From contig CAZURN010000001.1 in the NCBI GenBank assembly GCA_964623165.1, forward strand, positions 134 to 64,133: 64,000 bases of DNA, given 5' to 3'. The position numbers and the translations under genes are program-made. Positions 32,782 to 42,606 of the stretch are shown piece by piece. The notes under the pieces are model-generated. The model saw nothing but the letters and a program-made list of their open reading frames with translations. It made no database searches and was not told the DNA's origin. Source of the DNA: an uncultured Syntrophobacteraceae bacterium. Its GTDB lineage: Bacteria > Desulfobacterota > Syntrophobacteria > Syntrophobacterales > Syntrophobacteraceae. Position 1 is the stretch's first letter, and the number at the start of each line of letters is the position of its first letter.

Positions 32782-33861
32782 TCACAGGATCTCAGTGCTC
32801 ACATAATTCACGAACATTTGCATGGTATGATAATGGTGCAAGTTATTCGCACGATAGTGTTCAAAATCATAGGAGAGATATCGATCCAGGTTCCTGTGGT
32901 CGCAAACGGGAAATCCATACGCCTGTGCAAACCCTTTCATTCGGCCATCGACATATGTGAGGAAGGATCTCTTGGCCTGACTGAGGAAGTACAGGTGTGC
33001 ATGCAGTCTGCTCCCAATATGAAGATCAAAGCTTCGATAGAAATCCTGGCACTCATCAACATCTTCGGGAATGTAGATTTCAAAGCCCCTTTCCATGGCA
33101 TATCTGTGCAATTGCGATGGAGTTCTGAGCGACTTCCTCCCGGAAGCCATCCCGAACAATGCCTTGACTGAAGACTCCCGCACTTGTGAATCGAATGCCT
33201 GATGGAGCGAAAGGACTCTGGTGGATCGCTCGAACCGCTCCGCGACGTAATCAATGGTGTTGGTCTCCCTTTCCCAGAAATCATCCCGCTCAGTGACGGT
33301 AACCACAATCCTGGCCAAATTCGCGGAGAATGGAGTCCCGTTCAGGATGCTCTCATCGTAGGCCACAGCGCAGCCGGTCATGAGATACTTCGTAGAGAAT
33401 TCCGGAAGGTTGTCGCGGAGATATTCGATGGTCATCGGGCATCTCCAGGCGGAGAACTTGATCCGGCTGTGAAGCTCACTCAGGATGGTCTTGGTGCTTC
33501 TTGACATGCTTCTGTTCAGTTTCTCATGCCCGTCAATTCCGATAGCGAAGGGGATAATCGGGACCTTTATCTTCTGGACTCCACGTAGACCAAGCTTCGG
33601 GATCACCGAATAGGTGTCGGTCAGCTGATTGGCACCCGCAAGAATCAGTGCCTTTGTGGAATTGATCTGCTGGATCTGCTCTTCCGAGGGTTCATCGCGC
33701 GACGTAAGAACGACGCTGCATTCATGGGGATGTAGAAGCCTTTTGATAGACTTCAGTATGAATCCATCGCCGATATTCCTCTTCTTAGTGGACTGAAGGC
33801 GGAAAGGAACCAAGTACGGCGTCAACACAGAGTAGGACATCGACTCGGCCTCGGCGATCAT
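32782..33861 (-). CDS. Polysaccharide pyruvyl transferase family protein (CsaB/WcaK-like)
   Basis: N-terminal NIGDGFI and ALILAGANQL motifs are typical of PS_pyruv_trans. The start overlaps the upstream GT4 stop (ATGA). Confidence 0.6.
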   Translation of the reverse strand: MIAEAESMSYSVLTPYLVPFRLQSTKKRNIGDGFILKSIKRLLHPHECSVVLTSRDEPSEEQIQQINSTKALILAGANQLTDTYSVIPKLGLRGVQKIKVPIIPFAIGIDGHEKLNRSMSRSTKTILSELHSRIKFSAWRCPMTIEYLRDNLPEFSTKYLMTGCAVAYDESILNGTPFSANLARIVVTVTERDDFWERETNTIDYVAERFERSTRVLSLHQAFDSQVRESSVKALFGMASGRKSLRTPSQLHRYAMERGFEIYIPEDVDECQDFYRSFDLHIGSRLHAHLYFLSQAKRSFLTYVDGRMKGFAQAYGFPVCDHRNLDRYLSYDFEHYRANNLHHYHTMQMFVNYVSTEIL

Positions 33862-35015
33862 GAAGCGAAAGACCTGCTGGAATTCAGCATTGTCTCGTAG
33901 AGCGTCTCCATGTGATGCATCATGGAGGAAGCGCTGAATCGCTCTTGCACCACCGCCAGCCCCTTTTCACCCAACTCCTTGCGGAAGCCCGCGTTCTCAT
34001 GGAGATATAGGATCGAGTCGGCTAGTGCTCCTGCATCCGAAAAGGGGACGGTCAGTCCGTTCACGCCATCCGTGATGATTTCGACGACACCGCCGGCAGG
34101 GGTCGCAACCACGGGAATGGAACAGGACATGGCCTCCAAAAGACTCAGGGGCAGCCCCTCCCACAGGGACGGAAAGGCGAAGACATCGAAGGTTCTCAGA
34201 ATCTCAGGAATATCCCGTCTGGAACCGAGAAGGAGCACGCATTCTTCAAGACTTTCCTCTTCAATGGCTTTCTTGAGGTTTGGCAGCAGAGGTCCGGCGC
34301 CAACGATGATGACTCGGAGGTTAGCAATGGCATCCTTCAACCGTTTGGCCGCATTCACCAGGAAAATGTGGCCCTTCTGGTCTGTCAGTCTGCCAACAGT
34401 GCCGACTACGAAGGCATCCCTCGGGATGCGCAGTCTGTCCCTGGCCTCCTCCCTTGTCAGTAGGGAGGACTGTCCGTTCAAATCGATGCCGTTATGGATC
34501 AGTTCGATTTTCAGTGGGTCCAGCCAGTCCCTCTTGGTGATGTAGTCCCTGACCATTCCCGATACTGCAATGACTTTGTGTGTCTTCTTTGCCAGCAGCC
34601 AGTTGATGACACGCCTTTTGAACTTATAAGTCTGGTACACATTGTGTTCGGTTGCAACAACTGGGACACCGGTCATAATGGCAGCAAGACGTCCATATAG
34701 ATTGGAATGATATAGGTGGGTATGTATGATATCAATTTTATACTTGTGAATGATCTTGATAATTCTAAAACAAATGAATATATTGAATGACTTGCTGAAA
34801 TTCCCCAGCTCTATTAATTCAAAACCTAGAGATTCTATCTCTTCCCCGATCTTCCCTTTATCTCTTATGCAGCAAACAATAGGTCTGTATCGGTTTAGAT
34901 CCATATTCATCAAGGATGTCAAAAGAAGTTGTTCGGCACCTCCAATAGGTAAAGAAACGTAAATATAAAGTATATTTATATTTTTATCCTTGAATTTCAT
35001 GCGACATATATTCAT
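33858..35015 (-). CDS. Glycosyltransferase family 4 (GT-B, group 1)
   Basis: N-terminal LPIGGAEQ with a C-terminal EGLPLSLLEAMSCSIPVVATPAGG...E motif set. The 5' 300 nt or so are strikingly AT-rich. The start may be Met6. Confidence 0.88.
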   Translation of the reverse strand: MNICRMKFKDKNINILYIYVSLPIGGAEQLLLTSLMNMDLNRYRPIVCCIRDKGKIGEEIESLGFELIELGNFSKSFNIFICFRIIKIIHKYKIDIIHTHLYHSNLYGRLAAIMTGVPVVATEHNVYQTYKFKRRVINWLLAKKTHKVIAVSGMVRDYITKRDWLDPLKIELIHNGIDLNGQSSLLTREEARDRLRIPRDAFVVGTVGRLTDQKGHIFLVNAAKRLKDAIANLRVIIVGAGPLLPNLKKAIEEESLEECVLLLGSRRDIPEILRTFDVFAFPSLWEGLPLSLLEAMSCSIPVVATPAGGVVEIITDGVNGLTVPFSDAGALADSILYLHENAGFRKELGEKGLAVVQERFSASSMMHHMETLYETMLNSSRSFAS

Positions 35016-35281
35016 CTTAATATAGGTTCATTATTACATATTTTTCAAATAAGTACACAGCGGTAATGTGGTCAATTTGATGGAAATTTTATATGCAATC
35101 AGTTGAGCTTAAATAGTATATCTCCAATTGTCATGATGGAAGCAAATTACGAAAGAGAGAGCATAGGCACAAAATAAAAAAGTCTTTAGTATAGAAGGTA
35201 TATAAATGTCCTTCATATCTATATATAAACGAATCGCATGACTCAGGAAAAAAGCCATATGACCTATAAGTAACTAATACA

Positions 35282-35851
35282 TTAATCTTTGACAAATCTG
35301 TAAATATTGTGAGAGTTCCATTCATCAGTGTGGTCTATCCTGAAGCCGTTTGTCTCGAAAATCTTTTCCAGTTCAGCAGAGCTGTAATCATTTACCCAAC
35401 CATTGGCACGTCTATTCATTTTTTTAGGTCGATGGTCCGTAACGGCATAAGAGACAACAATCGCATTGACATATTTAGCCAAGTGAAGCACCAACCGTGG
35501 GACATCGTTGATATACTCCAGAACTCCAATCAATACGGCGACGTCATGCTTTGGAAAGTCTGGCAGGTTTCGCTGATTGAGATTGCAGACGATGGTCCCG
35601 TTTCCTCTGTCGATGAGATCGGATGGCGTGTAAGTGCAGCCTTCTCCAAGGCAATCCTTGAGCACCATTCGCCCCGCACCGAATTCCAAAACAGACTTTC
35701 CATGCGGTATCAGCGAAGCTATGTACCGGGTACGAGAATCCCATTTTGGGGACAAGTTTGAAAGCCCGTCCCATTTTTGAAAATCGGCTTTGCCCAAACA
35801 TTTACGAAGAGAGGTCTTATATGCGTCGATGACGGTTTTCAAGAAAGGCAC
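35282..35851 (-). CDS. Class I SAM-dependent methyltransferase
   Basis: Motif I VLEFGAGRMVL followed by TPSDL, and later VAVLIGVLEYI. Confidence 0.7.
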   Translation of the reverse strand: MPFLKTVIDAYKTSLRKCLGKADFQKWDGLSNLSPKWDSRTRYIASLIPHGKSVLEFGAGRMVLKDCLGEGCTYTPSDLIDRGNGTIVCNLNQRNLPDFPKHDVAVLIGVLEYINDVPRLVLHLAKYVNAIVVSYAVTDHRPKKMNRRANGWVNDYSSAELEKIFETNGFRIDHTDEWNSHNIYRFVKD

Positions 35852-36052
35852 ATCGTATCCTTGGTTGAATTCATGCGACGATTACAGTACGCTGCAGAAG
35901 TTCACCTTTCAGAATGATCTTGCAACGCGAGCATACAGACGGAAAACGGGCATGTCAACGTCGGGAAGCGCACGCGGCGGTCAGGATTGGTGATAGGCAG
36001 GACAGTCCTTGGGAAGTCTTGTCGATAGTGCGAGGCATGCGAGTGGGGGAAC

Positions 36053-36922
36053 ATGACCTATCGAATGCACGCTTCAATACATGCATTGGGCAGGGTAATC
36101 AAGCGAGGCCTGCGCTACTCGGTATTCCTTTACCGACAGGCTGCAAATCGATTTCGTGCCTTGCCCCACTTCATAATTCTTGGAGCACAGAAATCTGGAA
36201 CCACGAGCCTGTTTTCCTATTTGTCCCAGCATCCCCAAATCTTTCCAAGTCTTACAAAAGAAGTGCATTTCTTCGACGGGGGACTGAATCCCCATGTCGA
36301 CAACTATGTGAAAGGAATCCGTTGGTATCGAGCCCACTTTCCCTACAACAGCAGCTTGTGCAATGGTTGTATAACTGGAGAGGCATCTCCGCTGTATCTC
36401 TATAATCCACTTGCCCCAGGTCGCATTTTCAATCTGTTGCCGGACGTCAAACTGATCGCCATTTTAAGAAATCCAACTGAAAGAGCAATCTCTCATTACT
36501 ATCACGTGAAAAGGTTGAACATGGAGCCCTTACCCATCATGGAGGCGTTCCAGGAAGAGGATTCGCGATTAAGGCCAGCAATGAGAGAAATGAATTATAA
36601 AAGTATTGAGTATATGTATTACTCTTATAAGATGCGTGGACTTTACAGACAACAAATAGACAGATACTTACAGCATTTTGATATGAATCAATTGCTCATT
36701 CTTGACAGTGAGACTTTCTTTAGTGATCCTGCAACCACGTTGAAGAGAGTCTTTGACTTCCTCGGAGTCGATGGAAAATTTCAAGTGAGAGATCTTAAGC
36801 CGAAGAACGTTGGATCAAACAAGACGAAAGTCAGTTCACGAGTTTATGAATACCTTAACGCTTATTTTTCGCCTCATAACGAGGAATTGTATCAGTTGCT
36901 CGGCAAGGCACTGAGTTGGTAA
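36053..36922 (+). CDS. Sulfotransferase domain protein (heparan-sulfate-N-sulfotransferase-like fold)
   Basis: 5'-PSB loop HFIILGAQKSGTTSLFSYL and 3'-PB motif ILRNPTERAISHYYH. Confidence 0.85.
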   Translation: MTYRMHASIHALGRVIKRGLRYSVFLYRQAANRFRALPHFIILGAQKSGTTSLFSYLSQHPQIFPSLTKEVHFFDGGLNPHVDNYVKGIRWYRAHFPYNSSLCNGCITGEASPLYLYNPLAPGRIFNLLPDVKLIAILRNPTERAISHYYHVKRLNMEPLPIMEAFQEEDSRLRPAMREMNYKSIEYMYYSYKMRGLYRQQIDRYLQHFDMNQLLILDSETFFSDPATTLKRVFDFLGVDGKFQVRDLKPKNVGSNKTKVSSRVYEYLNAYFSPHNEELYQLLGKALSW

Positions 36923-37002
36923 CGGGGGCCAATGTGTTTGTCCTGCCCTGGAACGCGAATTCCTAACGGTCGATCTGCTCCATGGATATCCATCGAGACT
37001 TT

Positions 37003-38109
37003 TCAGTCTTCTCCGAGCCCCAGACGGGAGTACAGGGCCTCGATCGCATCGAGCATGATTTCTGTGGTGTGTTTTTCACACACGTATCGGGATCCGTTGT
37101 GCCCAATTCCCATCCTTCGGTCAGGCTTTTCCAGGAGGGAGGAGATGGCTTTGGCCATGGAATCCGGATCCCGAGGGGGGACAAGCAGCCCCGTGACTCC
37201 GTCCTTGACTGCTTCAGGAATGCCTCCGACGCACGTGGCAATGACGGGTTTTTCCGCTGCCATGGCCTGGAGGACAAACTGAGGAATTCCCTCTGAGGCG
37301 TACGATGAGAGGACGGCGATGTCAAACCCACGGATGACCCGGGATATGTCCTCCTGATGGCCGATCAGTCGCACGTGGCTCTCCAGGTTCAAGTCTCTGA
37401 CGGCAGTCTCAATGGCTCTGCGCAGCGGGCCATCGCCGGCGATCACAAGCAGAGCTTCTGGATGGGTGGAAACCACCGCCTGAATTGCCTTGAGCAAATC
37501 GAGGTGCCCTTTCCAGCTTCTGAGCACCGCGGCGATTCCTATGACCGGCGTTCTGGGCGATATGCCCAGTTCCCGACGGAAGGCTTCTCCGTCTCCTTGG
37601 CGGAAGCGCCCTGCATCAATTCCAGTGGGAATTGGGAAGATCTTCCCAGAATCGAGATTGAGCTCTCTTGCGAGCTGTGCTTTGATGAAGTGCCCCGTGG
37701 TGATGATTCCATGGCACAGGTGCCCGTAAACCAGCCGGGTGAGGGGGCTTGAATTGAGTTTGGAGGAGATGTGGCGGGTTCGCAGCACCTTGATGCCGGA
37801 AAGCCTGCCCGCGATGCCTCCGATCCAGCTGTCCCTGGAGCTGTGGGTGTTGACGAGGGAGACCCTGAATTGTCGCATCAGGTTCATGAGCTGGACAATG
37901 CCAGGAACGAAATGAACCACATCCATGGTCACGGGAAAGGTCTCGAAGCCTGCTGCCGATGCTCGGCCGAGGATTTTCGCGGATGGCGGCGCAGCGAGGA
38001 GCATCCGGTGCCCCCGGGCCTTCATCCCGAGCATTTCGTTCAACACCCGGATTTCCTGGCCTCCCCAGCCGTTGGAAGCCTCCGTGTGCAGGATGGTCAA
38101 CGGTTTCAT
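37003..38109 (-). CDS. Glycosyltransferase family 4
   Basis: N-terminus MKPLTILHTEASNGWGGQE with a C-terminal EGIPQFVLQAMAAEKPVIATCVGGIPE motif. Start taken at the internal ATG with an AGGAAAG RBS. Confidence 0.88.
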   Translation of the reverse strand: MKPLTILHTEASNGWGGQEIRVLNEMLGMKARGHRMLLAAPPSAKILGRASAAGFETFPVTMDVVHFVPGIVQLMNLMRQFRVSLVNTHSSRDSWIGGIAGRLSGIKVLRTRHISSKLNSSPLTRLVYGHLCHGIITTGHFIKAQLARELNLDSGKIFPIPTGIDAGRFRQGDGEAFRRELGISPRTPVIGIAAVLRSWKGHLDLLKAIQAVVSTHPEALLVIAGDGPLRRAIETAVRDLNLESHVRLIGHQEDISRVIRGFDIAVLSSYASEGIPQFVLQAMAAEKPVIATCVGGIPEAVKDGVTGLLVPPRDPDSMAKAISSLLEKPDRRMGIGHNGSRYVCEKHTTEIMLDAIEALYSRLGLGED

Positions 38110-38285
38110 GGTCTTGCTTTCCTGTGAAGATTTGCTGCCTTCCTCCAATCGGTCATGTCTTTCAAAGGGCCGTGAGCCTGTGCGCAGAGGGGATGCCTCT
38201 CGTTCGCCCCTCCTGAACGAATTGTCTCAAGAGAACGAACGACCAGTCGTTGCTGTGCTTGGCCTCTCCGAAGCGGGAGGGGCCA

Positions 38286-38410
38286 GATAAGAAGCTACAG
38301 CCAAGCTGGTGTAGCATAGGGCCTTGAGCCCGCCCGCTTCGCAGTGCCTACAGGGGTTTGTGCTGCTCTTGAACTCTGCTCGCTTCGATCGTGAACCCAA
38401 CTCCGTATGC
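38286..38410 (+). repeat. Intergenic repeat family, copy D
   Basis: ATAAGAAGCTACAGCCAAGCTGGTGTAGCATAGGGCCTTGAGCCCGCCCGCTTCGCAGTGCCTACAGGGG...CTCTTGAACTCTGCTCGCTTCGATCGTGAACCCAACTCCGTATG. Confidence 0.7.
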
Positions 38411-38739
38411 CTCGCCACGACAAGATCTTGAATGCAAGGCAGCCTGAGCACCATGCCATGACTGGTCTGACGGAAGGTCGGCTCGACCACTGGCTCAGTT
38501 TGGGAGTCTGCGGGGCCGGTCCCCCGTGAGTATCTCTCTTTCGAACCATGAGTATTCATGCCGTTTGCTGCGGAATGTGCCCAGCGAAGCCCCATGAGAG
38601 TTTTCAAGACACGGATATTGCCATACAATGACGCGCCTGCAAACGGCCCCATGATTTGAGGGGCTGAAGTCGGCGCGGTGTCATTCTCTGAGGTGTTGGT
38701 CCCCAGAGCGGGTGAGGAATTCAGGGTCAGGATGTCGTC

Positions 38740-39552
38740 ATGTTCAAAGGTGCAGATCCATCGCACAGCCGTGACGAAGAGCTCAAGGTGATTCGAGCCG
38801 GAGGATTGACGTGGACGGTGCGAACTTCCTTCCTCTCTCCGGAACTTCTGTGCCTGTTGGAGAACCCCGACCGCCACTTGCCCAACGTCGATTCAATGTC
38901 CTTTCATGAACGGCCTTCGACCAGCATCAAACGGGGGTCGACCTTCTTTCTTAAGCGTTTCAACCGCCCCAGCGGGCTCAAGATGTTCAAGAGCGTGTGG
39001 CGGAGGTCCGCAGCGGGACAATCCTTCTGGTCGGCCCTGCGACTCGAACGGGCCGCTATCCGCACGGCGCGGACAATTGCCGTGGCGGACCGCCGTTTTG
39101 CGCGTGTGCTGGTGCGAAGTTACCTGGTGACCGAGACCATTGAGCATGCCAGGAACCTTGACGAGTGGGCCGTACCTGAGCGAAAGCGAGCGCGCGAGAC
39201 GGCAGTGCTGGTCGCCCGGTTGCACCAAAACGGTTTCATGCATCGGGATCTCAACCTGAAAAATATCCTGGTCGACGCACACGGTGAGCTGTTCATAGTG
39301 GACCTGGATCGGATGCGTCGCCGACGGATCTTGACGAAGTCCGAAGCGATCGACGACTTGGCGCGGTTCGCACGCAATTCGTTGAGATTCAGCCGGCTGT
39401 CCCGGATTGAAATTGCCTTGTTTCTGAAGACCTACTGCTCCTTGAGAGGTTTCGGCGATTGGAGGCCGGTCTGGAAGGAGATCGTGGGTTTGAATGAGAT
39501 CGAATACGCCCGGCTGATGCGGAAATCTAATGTTTCCTCGAACCAGGGATAA
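38740..39552 (+). CDS. Lipopolysaccharide kinase (Kdo/WaaP/InaA) family protein
   Basis: Catalytic loop LHQNGFMHRDLNLKNILVD followed by FIVDLDRM. Confidence 0.82.
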   Translation: MFKGADPSHSRDEELKVIRAGGLTWTVRTSFLSPELLCLLENPDRHLPNVDSMSFHERPSTSIKRGSTFFLKRFNRPSGLKMFKSVWRRSAAGQSFWSALRLERAAIRTARTIAVADRRFARVLVRSYLVTETIEHARNLDEWAVPERKRARETAVLVARLHQNGFMHRDLNLKNILVDAHGELFIVDLDRMRRRRILTKSEAIDDLARFARNSLRFSRLSRIEIALFLKTYCSLRGFGDWRPVWKEIVGLNEIEYARLMRKSNVSSNQG

Positions 39553-39614
39553 TCGAGATCCCGGCCTCTTGACCCCTTTCTTCAGTTTTATCGGGCAACC
39601 AACTGTGATTCCGG

Positions 39615-40682
39615 CTATCTGGGGTTCATTGCGCAGGCAGTCATGACGGCCTCGAAGACTTCTTCCACAGAAATCGCCTGGAGGCATCGACTCTTCTTGC
39701 TCCCTTGGCACCCATCCTGCCTGCACGGGATGCATTCATACTCCCCCGTTTTCACGATGATTCGGCCACGCGGAGTCAGTGGACGCCACACCTGATGATC
39801 CGAGGGGCCAAAGAGGGCCACGACAGGAGTCCTCAGGGCTGCCGCCATGTGCATGGGGGCCGAATCCACTCCGAAGAAGACCGAGGCACCTTTGATGAGG
39901 GAGCCAAGCTGCTTCAGTGTAAGGTTTCCCGGGAACACCAGGGGATTGGATCGAATGGTGGAGAGAATGGTCGAGAGTCTCGCCCTTTCCTTTTCGTCCG
40001 GCCCGCAGGTGAGGATGATCCCCAACCCTTCTGCCTCGAGTCTGTCGACCAGTTGTGCTACTGCTTCATCCCGCCAGCACTTGAAAAGCCATCGGGAGGT
40101 GGGATGGATGACAACGTAGGGGCTTTCAGCCTTCAACCCCTGTTCCCTGAGGAGGGACGCCACGGTGGCATCGTCCTCGGGAGAAGTGAAGAGATCCACC
40201 TCCGGGTTGGACCCCTCGATGCCCAAAGGGCGGAGGATGTCCATGTCCATGACTGCCCTGTGGCGGCCGTCATAACGCGGTTCAACGAGATGAGTGAAAA
40301 GATGCCGTTTGCCGAGGAAACCTCGTCCCCTGGGATCAATGCCGATGCGCCACCGGGCCCCGCTCACGGCGGCAAGGAATGCTCCCCGGTCCCCTTCCGT
40401 CATGTTCGCTGCGAGCTCAGGGTGGATTCTGCGAATCTTGAGAACGAATTGGATTTGATTCCGGAGAGACTGGTGTTTCTTGAGGGGAAGGATCTCATCG
40501 ACCGAGGGGTTCAGGGTGAGCATCTCCTCTGTGCCTGCGGGTACAACAACGGAGATGCGGACCATGGGATTCACCTTCTTCAGGGCTTTGAAAACCCCGG
40601 CGGCCAGGAGGATGTCGCCAATGTGACGCAGCTTGATGAAAAGGACTCTATGGATTCTACTTGGATCGATCATGGTCGCCAT
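39615..40682 (-). CDS. Glycosyltransferase family 9 (LPS heptosyltransferase-like)
   Basis: RVLFIKLRHIGDILL N-terminus and a C-terminal FFGVDSAPMHMAAAL motif. Confidence 0.85.
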   Translation of the reverse strand: MATMIDPSRIHRVLFIKLRHIGDILLAAGVFKALKKVNPMVRISVVVPAGTEEMLTLNPSVDEILPLKKHQSLRNQIQFVLKIRRIHPELAANMTEGDRGAFLAAVSGARWRIGIDPRGRGFLGKRHLFTHLVEPRYDGRHRAVMDMDILRPLGIEGSNPEVDLFTSPEDDATVASLLREQGLKAESPYVVIHPTSRWLFKCWRDEAVAQLVDRLEAEGLGIILTCGPDEKERARLSTILSTIRSNPLVFPGNLTLKQLGSLIKGASVFFGVDSAPMHMAAALRTPVVALFGPSDHQVWRPLTPRGRIIVKTGEYECIPCRQDGCQGSKKSRCLQAISVEEVFEAVMTACAMNPR

Positions 40683-40703
40683 TGCCCAGACTTCCGGCCA
40701 GGG

Positions 40704-41471
40704 TTAGTGCCCTGCTGGGCCTCCGGTCCTTCCGTTCTCTTCCAGAACGCGCCAGTACTTCAAAAAAGTATAGTATGCATAGGACGTTGCCAGGAAAAAT
40801 CCTTCCCGACCGTCCAGAAAACCCCGCTTCAAAACATACATTTTGAGAAATGTAAAAAGAGGTCTCAGAGTGGACCTGGTCCATGAAAAGCCCATTCCTC
40901 GCTTCTTAAGTTCCCGGGCAGCCAACCCGCTGTATCTGTCCATCCTTTCAATGTAGTCGGAAACAGACCCGTACGTGTAATGATCGATAGAATGCTTCAG
41001 GTGCTCGGTCTTGCCGGTGACCATGACGCGTTCATGGACATCCCGCTCCTGGAATTTACCGAACCCCTTGCGAAAGAGCCTCAGGGTGTAATCCGGAAAC
41101 CAGCCTCCGTGACGTATCCACTTGCCGCGGAAAAAGTTCCGGCGCGAAATGAAATAGCCTTGGATGTCCCTATTCTGGGTGAGAGCGGTGGCGATTTCCT
41201 CCCGGAGTTGTGGGGATACCCGTTCGTCGGCGTCGAGGCTCAGGATCCAGGGTCCCAAGGCTTTCTCCACGGCCAGGTTCTTCTGGTGGGCAAATCCGTG
41301 CCAAGGCTCCGTGAAGACTCTCGCACCGAGATCCCTGGCCATGTCTGCCGTCCCGTCTTCGCTGAACTGGTCGACCACGACGACTTCATCGGCCCACCCG
41401 ACGCTCTTGACGCAATCGCGGATGTTCGATGCCTCGTTACGCGTGATGATGGTCACGGAAAGCTTTTCCAT
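40704..41471 (-). CDS. Glycosyltransferase family 2
   Basis: LSVTIITRNEASNI, VVVDQFSEDGT and LSLDADE (DxD) motifs. Confidence 0.85.
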   Translation of the reverse strand: MEKLSVTIITRNEASNIRDCVKSVGWADEVVVVDQFSEDGTADMARDLGARVFTEPWHGFAHQKNLAVEKALGPWILSLDADERVSPQLREEIATALTQNRDIQGYFISRRNFFRGKWIRHGGWFPDYTLRLFRKGFGKFQERDVHERVMVTGKTEHLKHSIDHYTYGSVSDYIERMDRYSGLAARELKKRGMGFSWTRSTLRPLFTFLKMYVLKRGFLDGREGFFLATSYAYYTFLKYWRVLEENGRTGGPAGH

Positions 41472-41574
41472 GGCATTTCCAACTGTGCGCTGGGTTCTCC
41501 AAACACGAAGAAGCAGACACTCGAGCTGGTTCGCCTCTTCCTTGATTCAAAATCCCCCTGAAGCGGCACGGGTG

Positions 41575-42597
41575 TCAGTTCCAACCCGAGTCTTGGATCA
41601 ATGCCAGCACCCTGTCCACTGTCACCGCGTCCATGCACCGCCAGTCTTTGCAGAGTTTTCTCCTGTAGCAGGGAGAACACTCCAGGTCACTCCTGACAAC
41701 AGTGTGGATGTCTCCATAAGGTCCTGTCTTCGCGGCACTGGTGGGACCAAATACGGCAAAGACCGGGACACCGACGGCGGCCGCGATGTGCATGGGGCCC
41801 GTGTCGTTGCATACCACGAACCGGGCTCCGGCAATGAGAGCGGCAAGGCCCTTGAGGCTCAAGCGGCCTGCAAGGGATATGGCCCTGTCCCCGGAGGCGG
41901 TCGCAACCCGTTCTGCACATTCGGAATCGACTTCGCCAGCCACGATAAACGCAGTCATGGAAAGCCTCAATGCCAGTTCCCCGAACCTTTCGGGTGCCCA
42001 TCGCTTCACAGGGGATCCAGCCGCTGGAGCGATGACAAAATAGTCCTCGGGCATGGCAGGGACCAGGGTTTGCGGATCCGGAAGAGGAGGGAAGGGGTGT
42101 CGCACCTCCGACACGTCACAGTCAAGCGTCGCCGCCATCCTGAGGTACCTCTCCACGGCATGGATATCCCTTCCTCCCTGCACGGTGTGGGTGTAGAAGA
42201 CACGGCTTCCTTCCCTGGCTTCCTTGAAGCCGATTCTATGTCTCGACCCCGCAAGAAAGGTGATGATGCCGCTCCTCAGGAGGCCCTGCAGATCCACGGT
42301 GACATCGAAGTCCTCGCGCCTCAATTTACCGGCCAGCCGGCAGATTTCACGGCAGGTCTCGGCCATGTTTCCAGGCCGTTTCCAACGGTTCTTGTCAATC
42401 ACCCAAAGTCTGTCGATCATGGGGTGGTCTTGGAGGATTTCATGGATACCTCTTGCGACCACCCAGTGGATCTCCGCTTTGGGGTAGCGGGTTTTGAGAG
42501 CATTCAGAAAAGGAAGGCTGTGAACGACATCTCCAAGAGCGCTCGGCTTGACCACGAGAATCTTGCTGGACATCTCCAGTGACATGGGGTTCTGCAA
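41575..42597 (-). CDS. Glycosyltransferase family 9 (heptosyltransferase I-like)
   Basis: KILVVKPSALGDVVHSLP N-terminus and VVCNDTGPMHIAAAVG. The start could be Met5 or Met9. Confidence 0.85.
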   Translation of the reverse strand: MQNPMSLEMSSKILVVKPSALGDVVHSLPFLNALKTRYPKAEIHWVVARGIHEILQDHPMIDRLWVIDKNRWKRPGNMAETCREICRLAGKLRREDFDVTVDLQGLLRSGIITFLAGSRHRIGFKEAREGSRVFYTHTVQGGRDIHAVERYLRMAATLDCDVSEVRHPFPPLPDPQTLVPAMPEDYFVIAPAAGSPVKRWAPERFGELALRLSMTAFIVAGEVDSECAERVATASGDRAISLAGRLSLKGLAALIAGARFVVCNDTGPMHIAAAVGVPVFAVFGPTSAAKTGPYGDIHTVVRSDLECSPCYRRKLCKDWRCMDAVTVDRVLALIQDSGWN

Positions 42598-42606
42598 GAG
42601 GACACC

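Noticed and set aside
38227-38877. 216-aa minus-strand ORF spanning repeat copy D and the LPS-kinase 5' end
   Set aside because: It runs through the repeat element and overlaps the kinase start. It has no RBS or recognisable domain, so it is treated as non-coding.
39705-42582. Long plus-strand ORFs (393 aa and 472 aa) across the heptosyltransferase/GT2 region
   Set aside because: They are antisense to three well-supported glycosyltransferase genes. Their translations are Arg/Gly/Pro-rich without motifs.
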